A DNA stretch of 64,000 nt, taken from positions 372,001 through 436,000 of the forward strand of contig OZ037845.1 in NCBI GenBank assembly GCA_964035575.1, read 5' to 3'. The position numbers and the translations under genes were made by a program. This DNA comes from Rhynchopus sp. YZ270_cl-10 (Eukaryota). This document shows, piece after piece, positions 23,385 through 33,684 of the stretch (its first letter is position 1; every line of letters starts with the position of its first letter). The notes beneath the pieces were generated by a model that was not told the DNA's origin, searched no databases, and worked only from the letters and a program-made list of their open reading frames with translations.

Positions 23385-24855
23385 CTTGTGTATTTTGTTG
23401 GTTGTTGTGTGAATGTAATACTATTTGCGTATGGTGTATTGAAACTGTACAGCGTGTCAGTATTGGGATGGCATGGGATACTGCGAAGAACATCAAGGAA
23501 TGAGAGGGAAAGAAGAAAAAGAAGGGTGAGTGGCATTCATTTATCAATTATCAGATCGTGTTCTACGTGCCTAGTGGTGCTCACAGCAATCCCGGTACTA
23601 GAAATGTCCAAAAATAAAATAAAATGAAGTTCCCGTGCAGAGCCTTTTGGATATGGGCATATGCAAGAAAAGAATAGAACGTTTGAAAAAGATGACAAAA
23701 GCCTCTCGTGCTCAGTCACTTTCAACAGACGCGTATCATAAAAAGAAAGAAGGTACCACAAAGATGAGTGTTGCTTGTGCATGCATCTCCATCTTCACAT
23801 CGAACATGAATGGAACTCACGTTCACACACATTGTCGATAAAGGTAGAAAATAAGATATCCTCTGAACCAGGTACAGGATGGGTATCTAAGAAGATACGT
23901 ATCCGCAACCTGCACCATGTGACTGGTCCACAGAACGTTAGAAAACAGGGTAGAGAAGAAGGGGCAGAAGGTGTGCAGGGGCACACACCATCAGATCTTG
24001 GGAGGAAGCAAAAGAATGACAACTTGAAACAGGTTATGTGCACAGGATGTACACACAATTCATCAAGAAATCGGGAGAAAAGGAAATGGGGAGCAAACCA
24101 AAAAGGGGTGCTGGGATATTTACGAACAGGAGCAGAGAGAAGCGTGCCGCCATCCAGTGTGTCTCGTGGACATATAATGTCGGCGTACTTCTCAAGCAGC
24201 TCTTCGCAAAAACGTGACTCCTCCGCACAAGCTCAGGGCTCGTGTTGCTGTAGTACTATTTGCAGTGACGGGGCAGCATGCACATTGAGACATCTAGCAT
24301 CTCAGAAGGCATACAAGACCACAGTCAATTGCAACTAGAACAAACCAATACGCACTCTGCTCAGTGTTACACATCTCAAAAAAATGTGCAATAAATGGAA
24401 AAAAACACAAGGAAGAGAGACGTGCAAGAAGGAAGAAACTCAACTGGTTAACATTGCAAACCAGTTGACCCATAAATAATAGACAAAAATAATGATAATA
24501 TTCTTTCAAAAACGCAACAGAAACAGGTGACGGACACAAAAGCTTTTCTCAAAGCCCTGTGTGCAAAAAGTATCACAGGGCTTGAAATAGAAAACTGTTT
24601 GAACTTAACAATAAAAAACCCACCATCCCGTCTACCCAGCAAATAGGCAAGGCGTGACAAAAAGTAAAACAGACGCTGTGCACATGGCTACAGCGCCAAA
24701 GTAGTGAACTAATAAAAGTTGTACGATGCCGAGACTCATGTTCTTGGTCAGATCGACAACACAAACAAGATAATTCAGTACGAAAAGGTGACGACTACAT
24801 TCACATCCACCCATTCACCGAATGCACCAGCATCATCCTTTCACAACGAAAATGC

Positions 24856-26322
24856 CTAGAGGCATGTCAGCGAGTCGAGACACGCAATCTTGGTGCATCC
24901 GAGAGCTCCGTCGTTGCAGGAGCAAGTGTTGCAGTCGTTGGTGCCCTCGTCTTTGCCTGACCAGCCGCTTGCAACAACAGTTCCGCACTGAAGGGAGCAA
25001 GTCTTCTGACCACATGGCGCCGAGTCACATCCGATCTTAGTGCATCCAAGGACTCCGTCAGTGCAAGTGCAGGTGTTGCAGTCGTTGGTTCCCTCGTCCT
25101 TGCCTGACCAGCCGCTTGCAACAACAGTTCCGCACTGAAGACTGCAAGTCTTCTGACCACATGGCGCCGAGTCACATCCGATCTTGGTGCATCCAAGGAC
25201 TCCGTCAGTGCAATGGCAGGTGTTGCAGTCGTTGGTTCCCTCGTCCTTGCCAGACCAGCCGCTTGCAACAACAGTTCCGCACTGAAGGGAGCAAGTCTTC
25301 TGACCACATGGTGCCGAGTCACATCCGATCTTAGTGCATCCAAGGACTCCGTCAGTGCAAGTGCAGGTGTTGCAGTCGTTGGTTCCCTCGTCCTTGCCAG
25401 ACCAGCCGCTTGCAACAACAGTTCCGCACTGAAGGGAGCAAGTCTTCTGACCACATGGCGCCGAGTCACATCCGATCTTGGTGCATCCAAGGACTCCGTC
25501 AGTGCAATGGCAGGTGTTGCAGTCGTTGCTGCCCTCGTCCTTGCCAGACCAGCCGCTTGCAACAACAGTTCCGCACTGAAGGGAGCAAGTCTTCTGACCA
25601 CATGGCGCCGAGTCACATCCGAGATTGGTGCATCCAAGGACTCCGTCAGTGCAAGTGCAGGTGTTGCAGTCGTTGGTTCCCTCGTCCTTGCCAGACCAGC
25701 CGCTTGCAACAACAGTTCCGCACTGAAGCTCACAGGACTTCTTTGTCGGGCAAGGCAGGTAAGGGCATGCGATCAGAGTGCAGATGAGGTGTCCGCTCTC
25801 AGTGCAGCTGCACGTGTTGCAGGCGTTGTCACCCTCGTCGTGTCCACCCCATCCGACAGGGACAACAGTGCCACATCCAAGAGTGCAGGTGGTGGGCTCA
25901 GGCTTCGGGCACTCCTTGCTGTTGGGGCAGCCCATCTTTGTGCACGCAAGACCTCCGTTGATGCAGTTGCACATGTTGCAGTCGTTGGTTCCCTCGTCGT
26001 TGCCCATCCATCCGTTTGCAACAACAGTTCCGCACTGCAGAGTGCATGTCTCCTGCTTGGGTTGGACACACAGCGGTGTGTGGAGCGTACCATCGCCCTC
26101 ACACAAAAGGTGGTCTTGACAGTGCTGGGCACTGCATGGACGTGCACCGCCACAGGTCTCACCCTCTGCACGCTTCGGCACACAGACAGAGTAGAACGAG
26201 AGGCAGTGGCCGTACCATTCAAGCGGACGGCACCACTCGCTTGGTGCGCAGTCGTCGTTGGCCCAGCACTGCTGAGCTGAGACAGCCGCAACAGCTGTGA
26301 GGAGCAGTGTCGTGCGTAGCAT
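24856..26322 (-). CDS. Secreted cysteine-rich protein with eight pacifastin-like (CNxCxCxxGxxxCTxxxC) repeats
   Basis: Signal peptide MLRTTLLLTAVAAVSA; N-terminal Cys-rich domain; 49-aa (147-nt) tandem units containing DCNTCTCTDGVLGCTKIGC. Confidence 0.8.
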   Translation of the reverse strand: MLRTTLLLTAVAAVSAQQCWANDDCAPSEWCRPLEWYGHCLSFYSVCVPKRAEGETCGGARPCSAQHCQDHLLCEGDGTLHTPLCVQPKQETCTLQCGTVVANGWMGNDEGTNDCNMCNCINGGLACTKMGCPNSKECPKPEPTTCTLGCGTVVPVGWGGHDEGDNACNTCSCTESGHLICTLIACPYLPCPTKKSCELQCGTVVASGWSGKDEGTNDCNTCTCTDGVLGCTNLGCDSAPCGQKTCSLQCGTVVASGWSGKDEGSNDCNTCHCTDGVLGCTKIGCDSAPCGQKTCSLQCGTVVASGWSGKDEGTNDCNTCTCTDGVLGCTKIGCDSAPCGQKTCSLQCGTVVASGWSGKDEGTNDCNTCHCTDGVLGCTKIGCDSAPCGQKTCSLQCGTVVASGWSGKDEGTNDCNTCTCTDGVLGCTKIGCDSAPCGQKTCSLQCGTVVASGWSGKDEGTNDCNTCSCNDGALGCTKIACLDSLTCL

Positions 26323-27583
26323 TGGAGCAAGGTATGTGTTTGTATCAAAAGAGTATCTGTGGGTGACGTGGTTGAGGTGCTGGGAGGAATATTAGAGTGA
26401 TAATGTGTGAAGTGTGGCGAAACAAAAGGTGCAGAGGGCAGGTGTTGCCCCCCTGTTGCAATGTAGCTTTGGACGTATTCTGTGGCCCAAGCTGCAGTCG
26501 TAATGTGATCATCGCTCTCAAGACGTGATGTGGTGTGTGAATGCACAGGTTGTGGAGTCAGCCAGGGGCGAAAGTTGCTGTGCTGTGCTGTGCACAACAG
26601 CATGTGGTGGAGAGAGGACCATCTGCGCCCACCTAGACTAGGGATAGAGCGCACATTACAGCACCTTCCCTGTGCGGGCGGCGGTTCAACTTCACAGCAA
26701 GACACAGCAAGCAGTCGTAGTCAGATGGCTGATCCTGCACTTTGAGACTCATAATCTATGTCAACACAGGACACGCCTTGCTGGGGCGTGCCTTCAGGAG
26801 TCATTTAAGGTCATCATGAACGTGTGGTGTGGTGTGTGGTTGTTTGCTTTGGTGTTGTGTCAGCAGTCAGGTGAGGTTGGAATGTATCCACAGCGTTGCT
26901 TCGGCTTGGCTAGGGCGGTTCCAGGATTTCATCATGCACAACAGAGGAGGGGAGGAAAGGTGGGGAACAGAAGTGTTTCAGACAAAGCGGTTAAAGTATG
27001 TGCTCATGGTCGAGACTCACATTGGTGCCAGCACTGACAATTAAAAGGTTTTCATCATGCTTTCGTGTCAACGTGTTTCGAGGCAGTTTTCGTGTCAATG
27101 TTCGGAAGAGAAAAAGGGAAGGGGTTGGTGTCGTTTGTTTGTTGGTGTCATCCATGACCTTGAAGATTAAGACACAAGAAGTCAAATCAGAGGAAAGGCA
27201 AACCATACAGAAAAGAAAAAGGTTAAAACCCAAAAAGAAGTAAGTGGTCGAGGTAAGTTGTGTGTTCTGGAAACACAACAAAAGAAAACTTGTAAGAAAG
27301 CAAAGTTGTAACCGTGCAGACGTCTCGTGGACGTGGCACGTAACAAGAAACCAAATGTGAAGAACAACTCCCGTGTACTACACGAGCCGTTCAATAAAAC
27401 AGGAAGCAGGGAAAATGGACAGCACACGCTAAAGCAACGGGTAGAGTGACACCCGTTGTGCAAGGGAGTGGACGGCACAATGCGCATTCCCTCCCTCCTG
27501 ACCGTCTGTACAACAGCACAAAAGTCAAAGAGAAAAATCGAAGAATGCAGACGCGCAAGAAGTCACTGTCAGCCCAAAGCAGC

Positions 27584-28228
27584 TCATGCCTTGAAGACAG
27601 TGCGAAGGCCCTCCGCAGACGCGTAGTACTCCTTCACCTTCGGGTGGTTTGCAACCACAGCCTTGTGTGCAGCAAGGTTCTTGAACGACACCAGTGCGTC
27701 CGACGGGATCCCGTCAAGGAACCCAGACACAAGGAACTGTACGTGTGTGAAAATCACCAGGTCTGCCACTGTCAGGGAGTCACCCACAGCGTACTTCTTC
27801 CCCGCAAGACGCGAGTCCAGGAAGACAAGCCACTTGTGCAGGTCCCCACCCTCAGCAATGGCAGTCGCACGGAGGGCCTTCTTCTCATCTTCATCCTTGA
27901 TCGCAAACGACTTGGCCAGAACTGTGAAGATCTCCGCTGTGTAGTCAATCGTCTCGTCCACACTCAGCGCCACACGTGCATCCTCGGGGTACAGACCCGC
28001 CAGCCTTGCAACGTAACGCAGGATTGCGCTGTTCTGTCCCACCACCTCCCCGTCCACGTGCAGAAGCGGCAGCTGCTGTGGGGCCACCTTCTGCTTCATA
28101 CCCGAGCCCCACGTCGGGAAGTCAATGTGCTCATCCTCAAGCACAAGGCCACCCACGTGTGCGGCAAGACGGATCGCCTCGGGCTTCGCGGGGACGCCGA
28201 AGTAGACAAGCTTCAGGGTCGGTGCCAT
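27584..28228 (-). CDS. Glutathione S-transferase, sigma-like (Tyr type), tandem copy 3
   Basis: MAPTLKLVYF, EAIRL, QLPLL, AILRYVAR, YAVGDSLTVAD. ATG at 28228 by alignment with the other two copies. Confidence 0.92.
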   Translation of the reverse strand: MAPTLKLVYFGVPAKPEAIRLAAHVGGLVLEDEHIDFPTWGSGMKQKVAPQQLPLLHVDGEVVGQNSAILRYVARLAGLYPEDARVALSVDETIDYTAEIFTVLAKSFAIKDEDEKKALRATAIAEGGDLHKWLVFLDSRLAGKKYAVGDSLTVADLVIFTHVQFLVSGFLDGIPSDALVSFKNLAAHKAVVANHPKVKEYYASAEGLRTVFKA

Positions 28229-28935
28229 TTTGTGTGGTGAGGGTGGTGTTGTGGTGTGTTGTTGAGAATCTGTGTGGGGTTGGTTTCGTTGGGTGAGAAA
28301 GGAAGGGCGAGAAGTACTTCCTCTCAAGACACAGGAGACTTGATGTGTTTCGAGGCAGAAGAGAGATCAGAGGTGTCCTAAGGTATTGTAAAGCCTATTC
28401 GGGCATCGCTCGTGGAGCTCCGACTGGGGCGGCATATCAGTGGTTTTCATCACTTCCGAAGCTGCAGTGGTCGCAAAGAAGTACTTGAGTATCAAAACAT
28501 GGGGGTTGGTGTCGTTTGTTTTGCACATCACTTTGTTCCATGGAGAAAAGTGTGGATAAACAATGTCGTTCGTAACTCTTGGTATCTTCCGCTTCCCCTT
28601 TCTGATGTCAAACACATCATAAGGGGGAAGGCAAAAGCCGCACCAAAAGGTAGAAGAAAAACCCAAATAAAGCAAAAGGAGTAAGCTGGCGAAGAGAAGA
28701 TGTGTTTTGGAAACACAGTAAAAAAAGAAAGCAAAGTTGTGAACGGTAATCATGCACCACAAGGTGTGGAGATCAAAGTTAGCTCAATGACTCCACACCA
28801 AGTGTTGCACAGGGTGCGAAGGAAGTGGACGGCACATTGCATCCCTCCTTCCTTTCCAAAAAATAATATCAAAGTCAAGTGAAAGTGAAAGTCGCAGACA
28901 TCACCAAAAGGCCCAAAGACACAAAACAAAACAGC

Positions 28936-29580
28936 TCATGCTTTGAAGACAGTGCGAAGGCCCTCCGCAGACGCGTAGTACTCCTTCACCTTCGGGTGGT
29001 TTGCAACCACAGCCTTGTGTGCAGCAAGGTTCTTGAACGACACCAGTGCGTCCGATGGGATGCCTTCAAAGAACCCAGACACAAGGAAGTGCACGGCTGT
29101 GAAGACCGACAGGTCTGCCACTGTCAGGGAGTCACCCACAGCGTACTTCTTCCCCGCAAGACGCGAGTCCAGGAAGACAAGCCACTTGTGCAGGTCCCCA
29201 CCCTCAGCAACAGCTGTCGCAGCGAATTCCTTCTTCTCCGCATCGTCCGTCAGCGCAAAGAACTTCCCCAGAACTGTGAAGAGCTCCCCTGCGTAGTCAA
29301 TCGTCTCGTCCACACTCAGCGCCACACGTGCATCCTCGGGGTACAGGTTCGTCAGTCTCCCGACGTAGCGCAGGATTGCGTTGCTCTGTCCCACCACCTC
29401 CCCGTCCACGTGCAGAAGCGGCAGCTGCTGTGGGGCCACCTTCGCCTTCAGACTCGCTCCCCACGTTGGGAAGTCAATGTGCTCATCCTCAAACGCAAGG
29501 CCACCGATGTGTGCGGCAAGACGGACTGCCTCAGGCTTCGTGGGGAAGGGGAAGTACACAAGCTTCAGGGTTGGTGCCAT
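28936..29580 (-). CDS. Glutathione S-transferase, sigma-like, tandem copy 2
   Basis: Paralogue of 27584-28228; VGQSNAILRY motif. Confidence 0.92.
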   Translation of the reverse strand: MAPTLKLVYFPFPTKPEAVRLAAHIGGLAFEDEHIDFPTWGASLKAKVAPQQLPLLHVDGEVVGQSNAILRYVGRLTNLYPEDARVALSVDETIDYAGELFTVLGKFFALTDDAEKKEFAATAVAEGGDLHKWLVFLDSRLAGKKYAVGDSLTVADLSVFTAVHFLVSGFFEGIPSDALVSFKNLAAHKAVVANHPKVKEYYASAEGLRTVFKA

Positions 29581-30271
29581 TTTGTGTGGTGAGGGTGGGT
29601 TGTTGTGTTGTCAAAAAGTCTGTGTGTGGTTTTGTTGGGGTTCCAAGAAGAAGAGGTGACGTTGCTTTGCACACGAATGCTAAAAGGGGATAGGGTGCGG
29701 TGAAGAGATTGCTTCTGCTACACAAAAAGAGAAACGTTTGTAACAGGTCACAAAAATAGTCAAATTGATAGTTCAAACGCCTCTGGGACGCAGGAACTAA
29801 GAAAAAAAAGAAAATCAAAACAAAACAAAAAGAGAGTAAGCAGGCGAGGTAAGTAGCTGTCACATGCAGGCATCTGGACGCGGTGTGTGACAAGAAAAGA
29901 AAATGTGGAGGACAATAGTTGAAAGCTGAAATGTCCCCCAAGAGCAACAGTCCGTTCGTATGTGCATGTATCATGCAATTGCAACATGAACGGGATCAGA
30001 GTAGCGGAAAAGAAAGAAACACACATCAGGGTCGGTGCACCACACAAAGGCAACACAAAGCCAAAGTGACAGAAATGATGCGCAGTGTGGGCGGAGAGTG
30101 TGGATGGCAGATATGTTGGACATCCCTTCCCCTTCTTGTGTCTTTCAACATCCGAACAACAGAAAACAAGCAAAAAAAAAAAAAAAAAAAAAAGTCGGAA
30201 TACGAAATGTGCTTCACAGGCACAGATCTAAAAAGTCAAAGCAAACGTAAACAACAAAGGCCACAATCAGT

Positions 30272-30916
30272 TCATGCCTTCAAACCAACACGGAGGCCCT
30301 CCGCAGACGCGTAGTACTCCTTGATCTTCGGCTGGTTCGCAACCACAGCCTTGTGTGCAGCAAGGTTCTTGAACGGCGCCAGAAGGGTCGATGGGATCGC
30401 TTCAAAGAACCCACACACAAGCGCGTGTGTCGACACGAAGACCACCAGGTCTGCAACAGTCAGGGAGTCACCCACGGCGTACTTCTTCCCCGCAAGACGC
30501 GAGTCCAGGAAGGAAAGCCACTTGTGGAAGTCCCCACCCTCAGCAGACGCAGTCACAAAGAACTCCTTCTTCTCCGCCTCGTCCTGGATCCCCATTCCCT
30601 TCCCCAGAACTGTGAAGAGCTCCCCTGCGTAGTCAATCGTCTCGTCCACACTCAGCGCCACACGTGCATCCTCGGGGTACAGACCCGCCAGCCTTGCAAC
30701 GTAACGCAGGATTGCGTTGCCCTGCCCGACCGTCTCCCCGTCCACGTGCAGAAGCGGCAGCTGCTGTGGTGCCACCTTCTGCTTCATACCTCCACCCCAC
30801 GTCGGGAAGTCAATGTGCTCATCCTCAAGCGCAAGGCCACCGATGTGTGCGGCAAGACGGGTCGCCTCAGGCTTTCCGGGGAAGGCGAAGTACACAAGCT
30901 TCAGGGTCGGTGCCAT
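30272..30916 (-). CDS. Glutathione S-transferase, sigma-like, tandem copy 1
   Basis: Paralogue of the two adjacent GSTs; unit spacing ~1.34 kb. Confidence 0.92.
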   Translation of the reverse strand: MAPTLKLVYFAFPGKPEATRLAAHIGGLALEDEHIDFPTWGGGMKQKVAPQQLPLLHVDGETVGQGNAILRYVARLAGLYPEDARVALSVDETIDYAGELFTVLGKGMGIQDEAEKKEFFVTASAEGGDFHKWLSFLDSRLAGKKYAVGDSLTVADLVVFVSTHALVCGFFEAIPSTLLAPFKNLAAHKAVVANQPKIKEYYASAEGLRVGLKA

Positions 30917-31018
30917 TTTGTGTGGTGAGGGTGGTGTTGTTGTGTTGTGTTGTCAAAAAGTCTGGTTGGGTTTGTCATAGGAGAAGTGTGAGGACAAAGA
31001 TGTCGGCTTCTGGCACGC

Positions 31019-31089
31019 AAAATCTCGCAATACTTAGCGGCCCTCTCGAGGTTTACGAAGGAAAGCCACGGAGGTATTTGAAGCTGCTT
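31019..31089 (+). repeat. 71-bp direct repeat, right copy (pairs with 21959-22029)
   Basis: 70/71 identity to the left copy by direct comparison. Confidence 0.92.
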
Positions 31090-31515
31090 ATGTGAGTTGT
31101 ACGTTGCTGTACTAATGAACATACCCTTGTAAGCCGAATGTACCTCCCGTACAGAGTCTTTAACACACTATCGTTGTGAAGGAACAACACTAGGTTTAAA
31201 TTTTTGGGTGTCTCTCGTCGCATAGACACCACACACAGACGGTTGTTCGTTTGAAAAGGAGGGAGAAATGGGAACATTTTTGAGCTACGTAGCTTAAGGA
31301 CAACACAACTAAAGGTGGTATGGAAAGCGCTCCCTTTTTTGTTGTGCGGAAACACTGCTAGCAAGAAAAATATATAAAAAAGCGTTTCTCCGGACACATC
31401 TATTTTGTGTCTTCCACACATCTCCTCGCCATGATCACCCCCTATTGTTTTGTTGATTATTGTGATAATCCACTGTACCCCACTCCCACCTCTTCCCCTC
31501 CTCCTCCTGGCATCT

Positions 31516-32496
31516 TCAAATACCTGCATCCCAACAGTGCAAAATTTTATCATAAAAGCTACAGGTCGCGACCTGTTTTCCTGACGGAAGCCACTCACAC
31601 CCGTAAACCATAGATTTATGCAAACCAAAGTGCGTCTCCAACTCTTCCGACTGCAGGTCCACTATGTAGCCACCTCCTTGCATGGCTCCAATTAAAACTT
31701 TGTTTGCGTTGATAGGGGATGGCTTGACACGCCATACCCCTCCTCCTAGGGGTCCGAAGGTGGAGATGTCGCGCTTAGGGCGGGTTATGTCGAGGACGTG
31801 GAGACATTCGTCGTAGCTCCCTATGAGAAAGGTGTTGTCCCCCGAAGGTGCGTTGGGGTGCGGTGTGATCGCAGTTACCCCTGCATCGAACCGCCGTGTG
31901 CGTATAGGGGTATCGGTGCCTATTCTGGTGTCCCAGAGCTTTAGACAGCCGTCATCTGACCCTGTTGCTATGATAGAATCGTCGACATAGCATGTGACCC
32001 AGACCTCGTGGTCGTGTCCAATCCAGCTTTCGGTTCGTGTGCCAGTTTCGGTGTCGCCAATGCAGAGTTCTCCTCCGCGGGAGCCGTAGGAGAGTGTAGT
32101 GGAGTCTGGTGACCAGCCAACGCAGAGGCAGAAACCGTTCTCCTCTTCAAGGGGGAGGCTGTGCTGCAAAGTAACTCCGGTGTCAGTGCGCAGGTAGGTG
32201 TGTGCACTCCCATCGGCCCCGGCGATGGCAAAGATGTTCCCTCCAGAGGGACGCCATTTGAGGTCGAAAACACCAGGGGTTTGCGCGGTATGGATGTGCT
32301 CCAGGGTGCTGTCGGTGTTGGCAGTTAAAAAGTGGATGGTGCCTTTGCGTTCTTCCGCAGTTTCTTCGGATTTTTCGACCAAAAGATAGGTAGGCACCGC
32401 AAGCTCCGCAACATTGCTAGGGTTACGCTCCACCATATCCGCTGGAGTCTCTGTCCCCCATGAAAACAAACTCCCCGCGCTGTTCGGGTCTCCCAT
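31516..32496 (-). CDS. DPH7: WD40 protein, diphthine methyl ester hydrolase DPH7/WDR85
   Basis: TYLL...RKGTI, GVFDLKW, GHDHEVW, TGSDDGCLKLWDTR, GSYDE, GGGVWRVK, HKSMVYG, TCSFYDK. Confidence 0.85.
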   Translation of the reverse strand: MGDPNSAGSLFSWGTETPADMVERNPSNVAELAVPTYLLVEKSEETAEERKGTIHFLTANTDSTLEHIHTAQTPGVFDLKWRPSGGNIFAIAGADGSAHTYLRTDTGVTLQHSLPLEEENGFCLCVGWSPDSTTLSYGSRGGELCIGDTETGTRTESWIGHDHEVWVTCYVDDSIIATGSDDGCLKLWDTRIGTDTPIRTRRFDAGVTAITPHPNAPSGDNTFLIGSYDECLHVLDITRPKRDISTFGPLGGGVWRVKPSPINANKVLIGAMQGGGYIVDLQSEELETHFGLHKSMVYGCEWLPSGKQVATCSFYDKILHCWDAGI

Positions 32497-32977
32497 TATT
32501 GTGTAATAAAAATGGGGCTAGGAAGGAGGGATGTAGATGAAGAGAGGTAGGAGAACTGAGGGGTGTGAAAGGAGGTCGCGCTTTTTTAGGTCACTCGGTT
32601 TGTTGTATTTTTTTGTGGTTTTTTTTTTCCGATACAACAAAAAAAAAATACAAATAATACACCACGTTCTTTTGCACACGTATCACATCAAAATAGAAAC
32701 TTAGCATTCATCACACGAAAACCCCTTGAAACGCACGCACACCTCGACCTGTTTTGGTGAGGCGTGGCTCTGCAGCGCGGTTCGTCCCCAGAACCGCAAA
32801 ATGTATTCAAAATGCTTTGTTTTCTATTTCCTCCTTCATTTCATGAAGCGACAGAAGAAAAACAGCGTCCATCATATGTGCCTGTACCAACACACTAAGT
32901 AACTTCCACAACCCGTGTTCTAATTCCCCTGCCTCCCCCCTACCCCCTCCCCCAATCCCCTTACCGCTAACATGCGG

Positions 32978-33259
32978 TTATTTTAACAAACGCTGGTCCA
33001 TTTTTTTGAGCAAGCTCTTTGGCGCTTCTTTCCGTTCGAAGTACTGCATGTCTTTGAGCATTTTCGCAAGGGAATACCGGAGGCTGTGGAGCTGTGCTTG
33101 GGGCACCTCAATTACTTTAATGTCGCCGTTCGTGAGCTCCAGCTGCAGCAGCACGACAGGGGTGAACACCTTCTGCATGTGGCTTGTCGCAATGGTCACA
33201 TCCACCCTCCACTTTACATTCACTACACCCAACGCACTGCTCACCCCAATGGTTTCCAT
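32978..33259 (-). CDS. COMM-domain protein (COMMD5-like), COMM domain only
   Basis: WRVDVTIATS..PVVLLQLELTNG..EVP..LHSLRYSLAKMLKDM resembles the COMMD5 C-terminal domain. Confidence 0.78.
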   Translation of the reverse strand: METIGVSSALGVVNVKWRVDVTIATSHMQKVFTPVVLLQLELTNGDIKVIEVPQAQLHSLRYSLAKMLKDMQYFERKEAPKSLLKKMDQRLLK

Positions 33260-33684
33260 CTTTAGTGTGTTTTGGTGAGAGTTTGGTCACCTGGTTTCAA
33301 AAAAATATGGGGAGGGGAGAAGGAGAAGAAAGTAAAAAAAAAATAAACAATGTGCCTGTGTATGTTCACCTTATTGCAGGAAACCTTTCTTTTTTCCTTG
33401 TTTTCTTTTTGTGTGTGCTATACGCAATTTAATTTGTCTTTTACCACACCATCCAGGTAAACATAAAAAAGCGAAGTTTTTTCAGCACAACACTCCAACA
33501 GGACAAAGACACCCCGCAACATTTTTTAAAAAGAATACAATCTACAAATTTTGACGAAGACCAAAAAAACTGACCTGACTTTAAAAAAACTTTTTATGAG
33601 AACTTCAAATTAACTCGCTCTTTTTTTACGAATCTCAAAAATCTACCCCCCCACTCCCTCCCTCCCCTCCCTCCCCTCCCTTCC

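Noticed and set aside
24867..26280. Long alternative-frame and antisense ORFs over the Cys-rich gene
   Set aside because: These are shadows of a 147-nt coding repeat with biased codons.
27446..30928. Plus-strand ORFs of 190-264 aa opposite the GSTs
   Set aside because: Antisense shadows caused by high GC3.
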